Shown one piece after another: positions 25,462 through 25,875 of a stretch of 25,875 nucleotides of DNA. A model generated the notes under the pieces. The model saw nothing but the letters and a program-made list of their open reading frames with translations. It was not told the origin of the DNA and did no database searches. Position 1 is the stretch's first letter. Every line of letters starts with the position of its first letter. The translations under genes and the position numbers were made by a program. This DNA comes from Candidatus Limnocylindrus sp. (GTDB lineage Bacteria; Chloroflexota; Limnocylindria; Limnocylindrales; Limnocylindraceae). Where the stretch lies: NCBI GenBank assembly GCA_040397175.1, contig JBBAWM010000001.1:1-25875 (forward strand). Reading direction: 5' to 3'.

Positions 25462-25875
25462 ATGGCACTAACACAAGGAAAGAAGGGGAAGGCCTTGGGC
25501 TTCGGCGACTATCTGTCGATCGGCGTCCGCTCGCTCTTCACCCCAGCGTTTAGCTTGCCGATCATCGTAATCGGCATCGTGGTCAGCTACATCGTGAAGC
25601 TGGCAGTCGGGCCACTCATCAACTCAGGCCTCGAATCAACGGGCTCGGCGACCGCCCAGCTCGGACCGTTCTTGTCAGGTATTGCCATCGCATTCGTGGC
25701 CGGTTTGTTTATCAATGTCTATGGACAGGTATTTGCCGTGATGGCAACTGCCAGTGCCAAGATGCCAACAATCGGCGAAGCAGCGAACACGGCAGTGTCG
25801 CGTTGGCTGAACGTGTTGGCGGCTGGTCTGCTTGGCGCCGTTTGCACCGTAGGAATCCTTGTCGCTGGGGTGCTT
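25462..25875 (+). CDS. Integral membrane protein (3'-truncated by window)
   Basis: GGAGG 25450-25454; hand translation MALTQGKKGKALGFGDYLSIGVRSLF.. stays open to the window end with at least three hydrophobic segments. Not in the ORF track because it has no stop. Confidence 0.8.
   Translation, partial: MALTQGKKGKALGFGDYLSIGVRSLFTPAFSLPIIVIGIVVSYIVKLAVGPLINSGLESTGSATAQLGPFLSGIAIAFVAGLFINVYGQVFAVMATASAKMPTIGEAANTAVSRWLNVLAAGLLGAVCTVGILVAGVL

Overview
High-GC bacterial chromosomal window with about 30 compactly packed CDSs; I found no rRNA, tRNA, CRISPR array or mobile element. Several hypothetical proteins and the KamA C-terminus look to me like Chloroflexota (Limnocylindria-like) genes, but this is from memory and unverified. 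Left (1-4960): three tandem exported beta-propeller proteins (two ELWxxDGT, one RCC1) that all end in the same non-canonical sorting signal, G-L-P-x-T-N-R-[DE] + TM helix + basic tail, followed by an aryl-sulfate sulfotransferase. Middle: msrAB, PPK2, ychF, a polysaccharide deacetylase, a likely trans-3-hydroxyproline dehydratase/ketimine reductase pair, a lipid kinase, kamA, hypotheticals, sufT-like, pduO-like, a GNAT, and an Rrf2-sufC-sufS-sufU locus lacking sufB/sufD. Right: a candidate queuosine-salvage locus (VUT/YhhQ transporter, PfkB kinase, uridine phosphorylase, Qng1/DUF2419), then an AT-richer block of small envelope genes. Ten genes have a -10-like hexamer 6-7 nt before the ATG and no Shine-Dalgarno, suggesting widespread leaderless mRNAs.
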